From: a virus
Taxonomy: Duplodnaviria; Caudoviricetes
Strand: one strand, 5' to 3'
Length of the DNA: 61,267 bases
IMG/VR virus record: IMGVR_UViG_3300018080_000191
Coordinates: 1 to 61,267 of that record
Part shown: piece after piece, positions 27,845 through 38,300 of the stretch
Numbering within the stretch: position 1 is the first letter of the stretch
How the letters are laid out: each line of letters starts with the position of its first letter
The notes under the pieces: model-generated
Seen by the model: the letters and a program-made list of their open reading frames with translations, nothing else
Databases searched by the model: none
What the model was told of the DNA's origin: nothing
Made by a program: the position numbers and the translations under genes

Positions 27845-30800
27845 ATGAAATTAGCGGAACTACTCAATAAAGCTCGAAAAAATACGTTACGCAAAGGGAA
27901 ACCTCCCGGGAAGCTTGATACGTCTAAACTGGTCAGGAAACAGATCATTGACAAAACAGGGCGTAGAACGACCAAGTGGGTCCGTGTCGTAAAAGAGGAA
28001 AAGAAGTCTATCTGGGATATTATTTCCGGTTTTTTTAAGAATCGGGATCCAATACGTGTAGTGCATGAAGAATATGACAAGCACAGAATAAAAGATAGGT
28101 TTGGGATAAACATGAAGTCCTGGACAGAACATTTTGTCGAATATTTCAAGAATAAGGCGAAGTGGGATAAGCTGTTCGGTAAAACCAAAACTACTACCGG
28201 TGGTGGTGGCGGAAAAACCGGTGGTGGCGGTGGCAAAACTGGCGGTGGTGGGGAGAAGGCAACCCCAACGCTTAATCGCAATGTTATGAAGTTTCTCTAT
28301 GAAACTTATGGAAATTTAAGGGAGGCAAAAGATGGAAAAGATCAACCTGGTGCTGGACGAGAGGTACTTTCCGAGGCTGGCGAGGATGAACGCGGAAAGG
28401 CTCAGGCAAAAGTTAGTGTCGCTGTGCCAGATGCACAACCTTCCGATCACGGAAGCCAATCTACGGTCAGTGGCAGCGGATCTGGAATCGGATCTGGCAA
28501 CAAGTCTTGGAAGCAAGGATTGAAAGAAATTAAGGATATTCGGGCCCAATGCCTGGAGATTCTTAAAAAGTCTGATGAGGAAATAACTTACGATGATTTA
28601 CAGATTTTGCGACAATATGAGGGCATTGGCGGAGTTGAGAGCGAGGGTCGTGGGATATTAGATCAGTATTACACTCCCCACAAAGTTATTAGCAAGATGT
28701 GGGATTTGGTAGCCAAGTATCCCCAACGCAGGCAATCTGGGAAGTGGAACTCTCGCGTCCTGGAGCCTGCAGCAGGAACAGGGCGGTTCGCGGATGGTAT
28801 AAGCGGGGATGTAAATTTTGACATGATAGAGCCGGATCCGATTGCAGCTCGGATCAACAAGTTGTTGCATCCGGATGCAAACGTTATTGAGGGTGAATTT
28901 CAATCACTGTTTTTTAAAGAGGGCCGTCTCCATCAGAAAAAATATACGGGCAAAAAGTATGATGTCGTTATCGGTAATCCGCCGTATAGGCCCTATGAGG
29001 GTAAATGGAAAGGTATGGGTGAGGGTAAAGGCCATACCCAGATGCACGAATATTTCATTGATCGGGGCCTGGATACCCTGATAGCAGGTGGTATCCTGGC
29101 CATGATAGTGCCATCAGGTTTCCTCAGAAGTGCGAACAGTAAAGTAAAAGAGGAGATCGCCAAGAAGGGTCGGTTGCTTGAGGCGTATAGGCTCCCGAAC
29201 GGTACATTTAACACAACGGCGGTGGGGACCGATATCCTGATTATCCGAAAAGAAGAAGGCGGGAGCACCGAGCACTTTTTTGATGACAATTACTTTAATG
29301 ACAATCCCACACATATCCTGGGAGAGGAGTCTACGAGGACGGGCAAGTTTGGTCCCGAAAGGTTTGTATCTCTGAGGACCGGCCAAACGTTTGATAGCAC
29401 TATTGACATGATTAACGTAAATGCTGTTGAGCGTGTTGGCATGGGTGAGAAAACGCTATCTGAAGAGGCAAAGGAAAAAATATCTCTGGCATTGATGGGG
29501 AATAAAAACGCCGAAAAGGAGATACATGAAGAGCACAAGGACAACTTCAAAGAAGCCCACAAGGGTGAGAGCGTGGAACTCTTGGAGTCGCTCCTGGGAG
29601 CCGAGAAGGCGAACGAGGCCAAGGACCAGGCCAGGGTAGAAGCCCTCCAAGAGATGGTTGATCAAAGGAAAAAGACAAAATATAATGATGTTGGCACCTG
29701 GAATCTGAAGAAGTTTCACAGGGAATTGAGCGAAAGTATAAAAACTGGTGGTGTTCACGAAAGCGACCTGGAGCAGGCCAAAAAGAACCTGACCGAGATG
29801 GAAGTGGAACTGCAAAAAAGGCAGGAGTGGACGAAAGAGGATGAGAAAAAGGCGAAGCAGCGCGAGAAGATTAAAAAGCAGGAAGCAACGGCACCGGAAG
29901 CCACAGAGAAGAAGAAAAAGGAGTTCTATACTCTAGATGAGTTTATAAAACAATATGGCGGAAAGTTTGACGAGCTTGACCTGAAGATATGGCGACATAC
30001 CAAAAATGATGGCTCGATAGATATATCGCAGACCCCCTGGAACAAGGACAGTAAGGGCCGTATCTGCTATTTGGGTGGAAAGTATTATCACAATACGAAC
30101 TATGCCAGCGGGAATGTAATTGAAAAGCTTAAAAAACTTGAAGAGGAAAAAGACGAGATCATAAAGAAGTTTGGCAAGGAGCAATATACGAGACAGAAGG
30201 AACTTCTGGAGAGCGTCAAACCCGAATATAAAACCACGAAAGAAATTGTGATGTCCCCATTGTCCAGTTTTGTGAGGGATTTTAGATTCGAATGGGATAA
30301 AGACGAAAACGATAGTCAAAAGTCCCTGATTCAGTTATTCTGGGATTGGTGTGGTGTCGAAAGTAATTGGAGGGGAACCAACTTTAACGGTGGTGCCACT
30401 CCTCACGATCTTACTGGCGGGATAGATTGGGATGATATTGTTGAATATGTCAACAGGGTACCCAGGAAAAAGTCGCAGCATGAAACGAAGGAATTTGTTG
30501 GACAAATTAAAGCCAAAAGGCGTGAAAATGCGGAGAGGCTGTTTAATCGCTTTATCCAGGAGGGGCTCTCGGGTAAGTATAAAGAGGATTTTGAGAATAG
30601 ATTCAACGAGCGTTTCAACAGCAATGTAAATGCCGATTTTGCGAATATCCCGGTATTTGTGGATGGGTTATCAAAAACCTTTAAGGGAGACAAGCTACAG
30701 GTAAAGGACGTTCAGCTCGAGGGTGCAGCGTATTTGACCAATAAGGGGGCCGGACTATTGGCGTATGAGGTTGGGGTTGGAAAGACTTTAACGGGTATTC

Positions 30801-33238
30801 TGGCCACTGTGCAGCAGTTACAGTTGGGGCGTGCTAAAAAACCGGTTATTGTCGTTCCAAAGGCAACTTATAAGGGATGGTTAAGCGAAATCCGGGACCT
30901 GTTCCCAAACCTGAAGATTAACGAGCTAGACAATTTACGTGGGTACAATAAAGATAATATGCCGGATATTAAAGATGGAACGCTATCGATATGTACCTAC
31001 CAGGCTCTTGACAACCTGACATTTAAAGATGATACGCTTTTTGAGTTGTCAGAGGATCTTGAGGATACTATGGCCAATCCGTTTGGTGTTGACATAAAGG
31101 CCGGTAGTGCAGAAGAGAAGCGCAGAGAAAAGGAACGGGAGCGTATAAAGACAAAATTAGGCGAGGGAGCGAGCGTTGTAAGTGACGTTATTCATGTTGA
31201 GGATCTGGGATTTGACCATATTACGGTTGATGAAGCTCATAACTTTAAGAACGTGTTCTCGAAAGCTGAGGCCGAAAAGAATCAGGATGGCTCGAAGGCT
31301 GCAAACGAATATTCTACAGTAACGGGATCGTCCAGTGTGCGCGGGTCTAAGATGTTTATGTTATCGCAGTATATACAGCGCAAGAATGAGGGGCGAAATG
31401 TGTTTATGTTGACAGCAACACCGTTTACGAACTCCCCCTTGGAGATTTATAACATGCTATCATTCATGGCGCGGGATAAGCTGAAAGAGATGGGAATTTA
31501 CAACATCAATCAGTTTCTCAGTGCTTATGCCAAGGTCCAGGACGAATGGGCAGTGTCTCATACGGGACAAATTACGAAAAAGGGCGTAATCAAGGAGTTC
31601 CATAATGTTGGTGCTCTTCAAAAGCTGATAAAGCAGTATATCGATTTTAAGGGAATCGATGACATTAACGAAAGAGCTGGTTACGAAGCCATAAAGAGAC
31701 CGAAGAAATTTCAGCATCTTGTCGAGCTCCCGAATAATCCCGAGTTGGAAAGCATACTAGAGGGTGAACAGAGAAGAATGACGGATATCGAAGAAATACG
31801 AAAGGGCGGGGTGCTGAAGGGGATTAACACGTCTAGGACGGCAACGCTCTCTCCGGCCCTAGTGGCAAGCAAGCTCGATGATTTTCATAGTGCTGATGTT
31901 CGGACAAAAAAATGGGATTTGGTTGAGGACAGCCCAAAGCTGAAATTTAGTTTTGGCCTCACCGCCGAAATGTACAAAAAGAGGCCGGATTTGGGGCATG
32001 TAATATACATTCCCCAGGGGGTGGAGAAATTCAAGGAGATGACCGAGCACCTGGTTAAGCAGGGCGTTCCCAAGGATGCAATTGCAACTATTCATGGCGG
32101 TATGAGTGGCGATAAGGGAGCTGAGCGAATTGAGGCGATTAAGAAAGAATTTAACGATCCTGACGGGAAAATTAAGGTTTTAATCGGCAGCTCCACTATT
32201 CTGGAGGGTATCAATCTGAACGGCAATACGGCATTTTTGCATAATACAATGTTGGGGTGGAACGCCAGCGAAACGGTGCAGCTCGAGGGCCGGTCATGGA
32301 GACAGGGAAATAGACAGGAGAATGTTCACATAATTACTCCCGTTATTCATGATTCGATTGATTCTGTGATGTATCAAAAACATGATGAAAAAAAATCGCG
32401 GTTTGCGGAAATCCATAACTTCAAGGGCGATAAAATGGATGCTGGTGAGATTGACTACAAGGACGTAAAGTTTGATCTTATTAAGGATCCGGAGAAAAAA
32501 GCTCAATTTAGGATCGAGCTCGAAACCGAGAGGTTGAACGATCAAAAGCTGGAGAAGAGAATTTTGAAAGACGGGATTGGCAATATTGCCAAGCAGCGTG
32601 ATGAAAGTATAAATGAGATACCGAGACTGGAAGAGGATATAAAAGAGCATGATCAGAAGATGGAGGAGCTCAAAGGGGCTATTGATAAGGCGCGAGCTGA
32701 AATTAAGGAGATGCCAAACGAAACTGATGAGCAGCTTAGTGCGATTGAGCGAAAAAAGAGGTTTGAGGTTGACTATGTAAAGGATGACTACGATCACGAG
32801 AAGCGATATCGGGATAATAAAAAGAAAAAGATTGAAACCCTGAAGGTGCAGATTGAGGTTTTTAATAAAAAAATGAACGAGTTGGGTGGCGAGGATATCA
32901 ATGCCACCATTGCGAATCTTGACCAGGAGATAGACGAGATCAATAATACGATTAAGGGATTCCAGGAGAAAAAGAGCCAATATGTCGAGGAGGCAAAAAG
33001 GGATATAGAGCGCAAGAAAAAAGTGGTCCCTGGCGTAAATGAACAAATAACCAAATATGCTGAAATGCTATTGGAAAACGTGGAGTACAGCAAGGAGTAT
33101 CAGGAATTACTCGAGGAGTCTAAGAAAAAGTATAAGGTTGGCAAAAAGGTTGTAAAGGCACATGTTCTGCCAAAAGCCAGAAAAGAGCCCCGGACGTATA
33201 TTTTTGGGGGTGTAACATATAGAATGATAGGAGAGTAA
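27845..33238 (+). CDS. DarB-like protein: N6-adenine methyltransferase plus SNF2/SF2 helicase
   Basis: MTase QYYTP, LEPAAGTG, VIGNPPY, AYRLP..TF; helicase EVGVGKT, DEAHNFKN, LTATP, EGINL, QLEGRSWRQGN; C-terminal coiled coil. Confidence 0.9.
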   Translation: MKLAELLNKARKNTLRKGKPPGKLDTSKLVRKQIIDKTGRRTTKWVRVVKEEKKSIWDIISGFFKNRDPIRVVHEEYDKHRIKDRFGINMKSWTEHFVEYFKNKAKWDKLFGKTKTTTGGGGGKTGGGGGKTGGGGEKATPTLNRNVMKFLYETYGNLREAKDGKDQPGAGREVLSEAGEDERGKAQAKVSVAVPDAQPSDHGSQSTVSGSGSGIGSGNKSWKQGLKEIKDIRAQCLEILKKSDEEITYDDLQILRQYEGIGGVESEGRGILDQYYTPHKVISKMWDLVAKYPQRRQSGKWNSRVLEPAAGTGRFADGISGDVNFDMIEPDPIAARINKLLHPDANVIEGEFQSLFFKEGRLHQKKYTGKKYDVVIGNPPYRPYEGKWKGMGEGKGHTQMHEYFIDRGLDTLIAGGILAMIVPSGFLRSANSKVKEEIAKKGRLLEAYRLPNGTFNTTAVGTDILIIRKEEGGSTEHFFDDNYFNDNPTHILGEESTRTGKFGPERFVSLRTGQTFDSTIDMINVNAVERVGMGEKTLSEEAKEKISLALMGNKNAEKEIHEEHKDNFKEAHKGESVELLESLLGAEKANEAKDQARVEALQEMVDQRKKTKYNDVGTWNLKKFHRELSESIKTGGVHESDLEQAKKNLTEMEVELQKRQEWTKEDEKKAKQREKIKKQEATAPEATEKKKKEFYTLDEFIKQYGGKFDELDLKIWRHTKNDGSIDISQTPWNKDSKGRICYLGGKYYHNTNYASGNVIEKLKKLEEEKDEIIKKFGKEQYTRQKELLESVKPEYKTTKEIVMSPLSSFVRDFRFEWDKDENDSQKSLIQLFWDWCGVESNWRGTNFNGGATPHDLTGGIDWDDIVEYVNRVPRKKSQHETKEFVGQIKAKRRENAERLFNRFIQEGLSGKYKEDFENRFNERFNSNVNADFANIPVFVDGLSKTFKGDKLQVKDVQLEGAAYLTNKGAGLLAYEVGVGKTLTGILATVQQLQLGRAKKPVIVVPKATYKGWLSEIRDLFPNLKINELDNLRGYNKDNMPDIKDGTLSICTYQALDNLTFKDDTLFELSEDLEDTMANPFGVDIKAGSAEEKRREKERERIKTKLGEGASVVSDVIHVEDLGFDHITVDEAHNFKNVFSKAEAEKNQDGSKAANEYSTVTGSSSVRGSKMFMLSQYIQRKNEGRNVFMLTATPFTNSPLEIYNMLSFMARDKLKEMGIYNINQFLSAYAKVQDEWAVSHTGQITKKGVIKEFHNVGALQKLIKQYIDFKGIDDINERAGYEAIKRPKKFQHLVELPNNPELESILEGEQRRMTDIEEIRKGGVLKGINTSRTATLSPALVASKLDDFHSADVRTKKWDLVEDSPKLKFSFGLTAEMYKKRPDLGHVIYIPQGVEKFKEMTEHLVKQGVPKDAIATIHGGMSGDKGAERIEAIKKEFNDPDGKIKVLIGSSTILEGINLNGNTAFLHNTMLGWNASETVQLEGRSWRQGNRQENVHIITPVIHDSIDSVMYQKHDEKKSRFAEIHNFKGDKMDAGEIDYKDVKFDLIKDPEKKAQFRIELETERLNDQKLEKRILKDGIGNIAKQRDESINEIPRLEEDIKEHDQKMEELKGAIDKARAEIKEMPNETDEQLSAIERKKRFEVDYVKDDYDHEKRYRDNKKKKIETLKVQIEVFNKKMNELGGEDINATIANLDQEIDEINNTIKGFQEKKSQYVEEAKRDIERKKKVVPGVNEQITKYAEMLLENVEYSKEYQELLEESKKKYKVGKKVVKAHVLPKARKEPRTYIFGGVTYRMIGE
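28196..28258 (+). repeat. 21-nt tandem repeat encoding TGGGGGK linker (~3 copies)
   Basis: TGGGGGK TGGGGGK TGGGGEK. Confidence 0.75.
28332..28523 (+). CDS. candidate overprinted 63-aa gene inside the DarB-like linker
   Basis: GGGAGG SD 7 nt before ATG; helical-looking product; the host frame here is a low-complexity linker. Confidence 0.4.
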   Translation: MEKINLVLDERYFPRLARMNAERLRQKLVSLCQMHNLPITEANLRSVAADLESDLATSLGSKD

Positions 33239-33243
33239 TAGCG

Positions 33244-35379
33244 ATGAAGGCTGAAACTGAGAATCTGAAGGCTTTATTGAAAGCCGGCGGGCATAAGTAT
33301 ATCAAGAGATTACCGCACCCGAGCCCGAAGCCTGGAAGGAAGTACATCTATTTCTACAACCAGGAGCAGATTAAGAAGTATAAGGAAACAGGCGAGATCC
33401 CGGGAGACGAAAAGGGTGAAAAAAAGAGCAGCGTACTTGGTACGATAATGAAATTTTTTGGGTTCAAGCGCGAGACTGAAGCGGATGCAAAGGTAAGGGC
33501 GGTAAATGCAGAGTTGAGTGATGCTGGCCTTCATGTTGGATATACTACAACGCTGGAGCACATGGCCGAGTATTTTTCCAATAAGGCCAAGTGGGATGCC
33601 AGGTTCTCGAAAAAAAGCGGTGGTGCTAAGTCCGGAGCAGGATCGGGTGAGAAAAAGACTGGTGGCGGAGCCAAACCCGAGAAGAAATGGAATACTAACG
33701 TTATGAGGTTCCTGTACCAAAAATACGGCAGTGGCGGAGGGGCTAGCGATGACCAGGCCAAGAAAGAAAAGGAGTTGCGCGAGCTTGGTATAGCAGAAGA
33801 TGTAATTGAGCAACGAAAAGAAGAGGATGGCGATCTGGATACCCTTTACGATGAGTCAATGGGGGTGGGAGAGGAAAATGCTGATAAAATGAGGGAAGAT
33901 CTGAAAAAGGATATCAATGGCCTGCTCGACAAATATGAATCTGCAGAGGGCAAGGAAAAGGAAAAACTTGCCGGCCAGGTAAAGGAGAAGTTTGGGCAGC
34001 TCTCGAAGGAAGACAAGGAGAAACTGCTCGATGAGCGGAAAAGGAGTGGTGAAAAGGGTAAACCAGAAGAGAAGAAGGGAGATGTTGACGATTCCAATGA
34101 TTTTGGTGTGGATAGACTGAAAGAAAATGAGAAAAAGTTATTGCTTGAGATAACTGGCGATAAGGATGTGAAAAAGGTTCTTGAAAAATGGAAGGCAATT
34201 GACGATGGCATTTTCAATGATAAAGAGTTAGTCGTTTTAAATGGGATAGTTTATCACAAGCTAGACTCAAATAAAAGGCCATTAGCAGGTGCAGTTAATT
34301 ATAAAAAGTTTAAGGAAGAATATCCTCATTTTGTTTCGAATGATATGCTGCATAAAGATTCTTTAATTCACGGTGGGGTATTTGTACTGACCCCAAAAGG
34401 TGAAGATGTGCTAAAAGGCAGAGTCCGGAGATTATTGACTAAGTTTGGCAAGGGGAAAGAGAAGGGCATACCTCAAGACGAGAAGCTTTCCAAGCGTGAA
34501 GAGCAACTCTCCAGGATGGTTGAGAAGCATGAAAAAGGAGTTGATAAGGAGACCCAGAAAAAGACCGAGGAGATCGCCGAAGGGGCGGGAGTTGATACGG
34601 GTAAGGTACCTGATGAGCCAGGCACAGAATACGGTCATCCGTCCATCGAGGGTACCCTGGTCCACGGCGATGCCGATACTGTTTTAAAGAAACGGTCCAA
34701 CCCGAAGAAAGCCCTTGAGCCTGGAGTTGCAGATTTATCAGACCATTTTGGCATACACATGATGAACGAAGCTCTCGAAAAAGATGGAATCTATACCAAC
34801 ACCAAATTTATGATTATTGATGATCCTAAAAACGTTAAAGACATATACGAGAAGAACAGGGAAAAATTTATTGATAGCCGGGTCAAGGATATTAAAAAAT
34901 CCGTAAGTAAGGGAGATGGTGAACCCTTGTCTGATGAAGAGGCCCGAGAATTGGCGATAAAGAATCTTGAAGATGAAATGAATAATGCCAAAAAACTGCC
35001 CTGGCAAAGTGCTGTGCCGAAGGAGAAGGATATCCCCAAGAAGGAGGCGCAGATTATTGGCGGATACAAGACTGCTCAGGCAAAAATGTGGTGCTCTCTC
35101 CTCTCTGATGGGGAAAATCATGCTTTTGTCCAGAATGACTACATTGCAATGTTCAGGAAGCGGTATCCTGGTGCAAGATTTAAAGTAACAAGCAGCAAGG
35201 GGGCCGGGAAAAGTCCTGTTGTTGTCGAGAAAGATGGCAAAATGGTAGGTGTTGTTATGCCTATACTGATGGGATCGAATGCTGGCGAGGCTCGGGATCA
35301 CCTGCTGGAGCAGCAAAAGAAGCGGGGCCTGAAAAAAGCACTTGGCGAACCAATTGAAATATTTGGGATAAGGGTATAG
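33244..35379 (+). CDS. 711-aa putative virion cargo protein; C-terminus possibly beta-clamp-like
   Basis: N-terminal domain shared with neighbours; C-terminal YIAMF...SPVVV...VGVVMPI; tail KALGEPIEIFGIRV. Confidence 0.7.
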   Translation: MKAETENLKALLKAGGHKYIKRLPHPSPKPGRKYIYFYNQEQIKKYKETGEIPGDEKGEKKSSVLGTIMKFFGFKRETEADAKVRAVNAELSDAGLHVGYTTTLEHMAEYFSNKAKWDARFSKKSGGAKSGAGSGEKKTGGGAKPEKKWNTNVMRFLYQKYGSGGGASDDQAKKEKELRELGIAEDVIEQRKEEDGDLDTLYDESMGVGEENADKMREDLKKDINGLLDKYESAEGKEKEKLAGQVKEKFGQLSKEDKEKLLDERKRSGEKGKPEEKKGDVDDSNDFGVDRLKENEKKLLLEITGDKDVKKVLEKWKAIDDGIFNDKELVVLNGIVYHKLDSNKRPLAGAVNYKKFKEEYPHFVSNDMLHKDSLIHGGVFVLTPKGEDVLKGRVRRLLTKFGKGKEKGIPQDEKLSKREEQLSRMVEKHEKGVDKETQKKTEEIAEGAGVDTGKVPDEPGTEYGHPSIEGTLVHGDADTVLKKRSNPKKALEPGVADLSDHFGIHMMNEALEKDGIYTNTKFMIIDDPKNVKDIYEKNREKFIDSRVKDIKKSVSKGDGEPLSDEEARELAIKNLEDEMNNAKKLPWQSAVPKEKDIPKKEAQIIGGYKTAQAKMWCSLLSDGENHAFVQNDYIAMFRKRYPGARFKVTSSKGAGKSPVVVEKDGKMVGVVMPILMGSNAGEARDHLLEQQKKRGLKKALGEPIEIFGIRV

Positions 35380-35381
35380 AA

Positions 35382-38300
35382 ATGCAACCGATACTATTTG
35401 AGATCGCAGATTGTGATGACCATATCGGTAAATTAAAAGAACTTCTTAAAGCTGGCGGTAAGAAGGACATCAGCAAGCTCCGGAAGGAAGTCATTACCAA
35501 TAAGCGCGGGAAGAGGCAGACCGTATATAAGAAAATCCATGAAGATGAGAAAAAAAACGTTTTTGACATCATCATGGAATTTTTCGGATTTAAAAAGAAA
35601 AACGAGGTGCTGCAGCAGCTTGATAGCGATTACAAGAAACATGATATCGCAACAAAATTCAATCTGTCACACGATCAGTGGACCAGTCACTATCTGGAGT
35701 ATTTTAAGCACAAAAAGAGATGGGATGCTGCATTTGCCAAAAAAAAGACTACCGAAGGTGGTGGAGAACGCAAAAAGGGTGGTGAAAAGAAAACAGGGGG
35801 TGGCGATGAGAAAAAGAAAGGCATTACCTGGAACAGGGACGTGATGAAGTTTTTGCACGAACTCTACGGGAAAGGGAAGCCGGAGACAGAAAAAGAGGTG
35901 GGGAAATACAAGGACCTGGTTGGTAAGAAATTTAAAATATCTACTACCATGGTCAGCGGTTCGAGCATGAAGCCCGAGAAGATAGATAGCGAGATAGTTG
36001 TTGAAAAGATAGATGACTCAGGGATACATTACCGGGATGCCAAGGATGTTGGAAAACCCGCCCACGAGGGTGGTAGTGGATTTATGACTTTTAATGGTTT
36101 TAACAGGATGGTTGCTGCAGGCGAGATGATGGAGATAAAGCCTGATGTCACCGAAAAAGTTAAGGAGTTGCTAACCACAAAAAAAGAGCGGAAAAGAAAA
36201 CCACTCAGCAGCGGGGAAGGGGAGAAAGAAGAGAGCAAGCCCCGGGGCCCTACCGAGGAAAAGAAGAAATATCTTGATGTTGGCGAAAAGATAGGCGGAG
36301 CCAGGAAAGATATCGCAGCACTGATGAACATGTATAAAACCGAAAAAGATAAGGCTGTATCCATGACAGATCTGGAAGCCATTGAAGAGTCTGGCGAAGC
36401 CGGCTTGCTGATAAATAGAGAACGCCAGTTCGGAGGCAAGAAAGCCATTGTTGATATGATGCGCTCTGTGGGAGCTGATTCTGGGGCTACATATATTGTT
36501 TGGAGACTGGCATCGAGCATCGAAAAAATGCCTGCCGATAACCCAGAGTCCCGGAAAAAATATGTATTGGGAATTGAGCGATTGCTAAAAACAGTTGTGA
36601 ACTGGACTGATGTAAGTGCAGCAAGAGAGGGGTTGAGTATTATACAATCCGAACTTAACGGATATTATTATACAGATAGTGAGCTTGCAACATCGAAGGC
36701 AATAGACGAAAGGACATCAAAAATCAAGTCTGAGATAAATAAGATATGGAATCAAATATATATTCCCAAATATAAAGGTACAGGCGGGGACTGGAGAAGA
36801 AAAGCATCAGATATTTTCTGGAAGGACCCGGATGTTGTTAAGCTAGAAAAGCAAAAAGATGAGCTAAGGAAGGAATTTTTAAAAATAAGAAAAGTGGCGC
36901 AAGAGAGATCGGATAATGACCCCATGTCTCCGGCAAACCTGTATAAGGCACTCGGGAAAAGCTTTACCGAACTTATTGCCCCTCCATGGAGATCGAAGAG
37001 GAGAGATACGCTTATAAATAATGCCTACAAAAATGATGACTGGAAGTGGGCGGGAGGGGCGAAGGAAACCGGCGAAGAGGAAAAGGAGCGCAAAAAGAAG
37101 AGTCGAGAAAGGTTGAAGTGGAGACGTGAGGTTCCCGAGGAAGTTGAACGCGTGTCTCAGGCTGGGACCAAGGATTACGAATCAAAAACGCTTATGAATG
37201 ATTTCGGGCTCAGGGCTGTTGAATACGGCAACTGGATGGATATAGAATCGAGCAAGATCCATACACAGCGAGCTGGCGAAGCCCTGGCGGACCTGGCCTA
37301 CCTTTTTGGTGTGGATAAGAAGCTGATATCCCTGAACGGCAGGCTCGCAATAGCGTTTGGAGCTCGAGGGAAAGGTAAAGCCTCAGCTCATTATGAACCC
37401 GGGAGAAAGGTTATCAACATCACAAAAGAGAGGGGTGGCGGGTCCCTGGCGCACGAATGGGGGCATGCCCTAGACAATATCCTGTCCATAGTGGCTTATA
37501 AAGAAGCCGGCCAGGAGGGGGGCAATATTTCTTTTATGTCCGATTCGGACTATAAGAATAAGTATTCTCATACACTGGGAACGGTTCAAACTGCGTTAGA
37601 CAAGGTTAATGATGCCATACATAAGGGCAGTTTTGTGATGCGGAAAACCATCAATCTGAAGGGAAGCGAAAGATATCAACATAGTACTTTCTGGAAGTAC
37701 GAGGAAAGAACCGCAATAGGGCTTTATGGGGAGCCAAATGAGAAGGGCAGGTTACAAGAAATATGGAAAGAGGTTAAAACCACCAACGATAAATATAAAG
37801 GTGATAACGAAGCCCACAAAAAGCCGGAGTTTTATGATGATCTATTTGCTCATAAAGACCTACAGCATCCAGTAGACAGAGCAAGGATGCGTGAGTTCAT
37901 TGAGGGTGATATTTTATACCGTAGCGATTTTGCAATGAAACACGTTTGGGAACTTGTGCCAGGTGAAGGCATTATTGACTGGAAAACCGTTGATGTCGGT
38001 AAACTCGGGGAATACTTGCAGAAAAAGGCTGATGAATATGTTGATACAAGGAAAAGTCAATATGATGACGATTATTTTAAAAGAAAATATTTAGAAAAGG
38101 ACTGGGATCGTCTTGACAAAAGGGTGGCTTATGAATTCAGGAAAGAGAGTGATGCTGACTATATAATGTCAAAACTTTATCATGATGGAGACAAAAAAGA
38201 GCCGATCACCATTAACATGAAAAGCGTTCGTCCTGTTGGGGGCAAGTCCAACTACTTTTCCACTGCAAGCAAAATGGGGGGGTATTGGAAAAGGCCTCAT

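Noticed and set aside
21648-33238. Inteins or introns explaining the giant ORFs
   Set aside because: No intein C/S...HN-C/S/T ends or homing endonuclease motifs were recognised.
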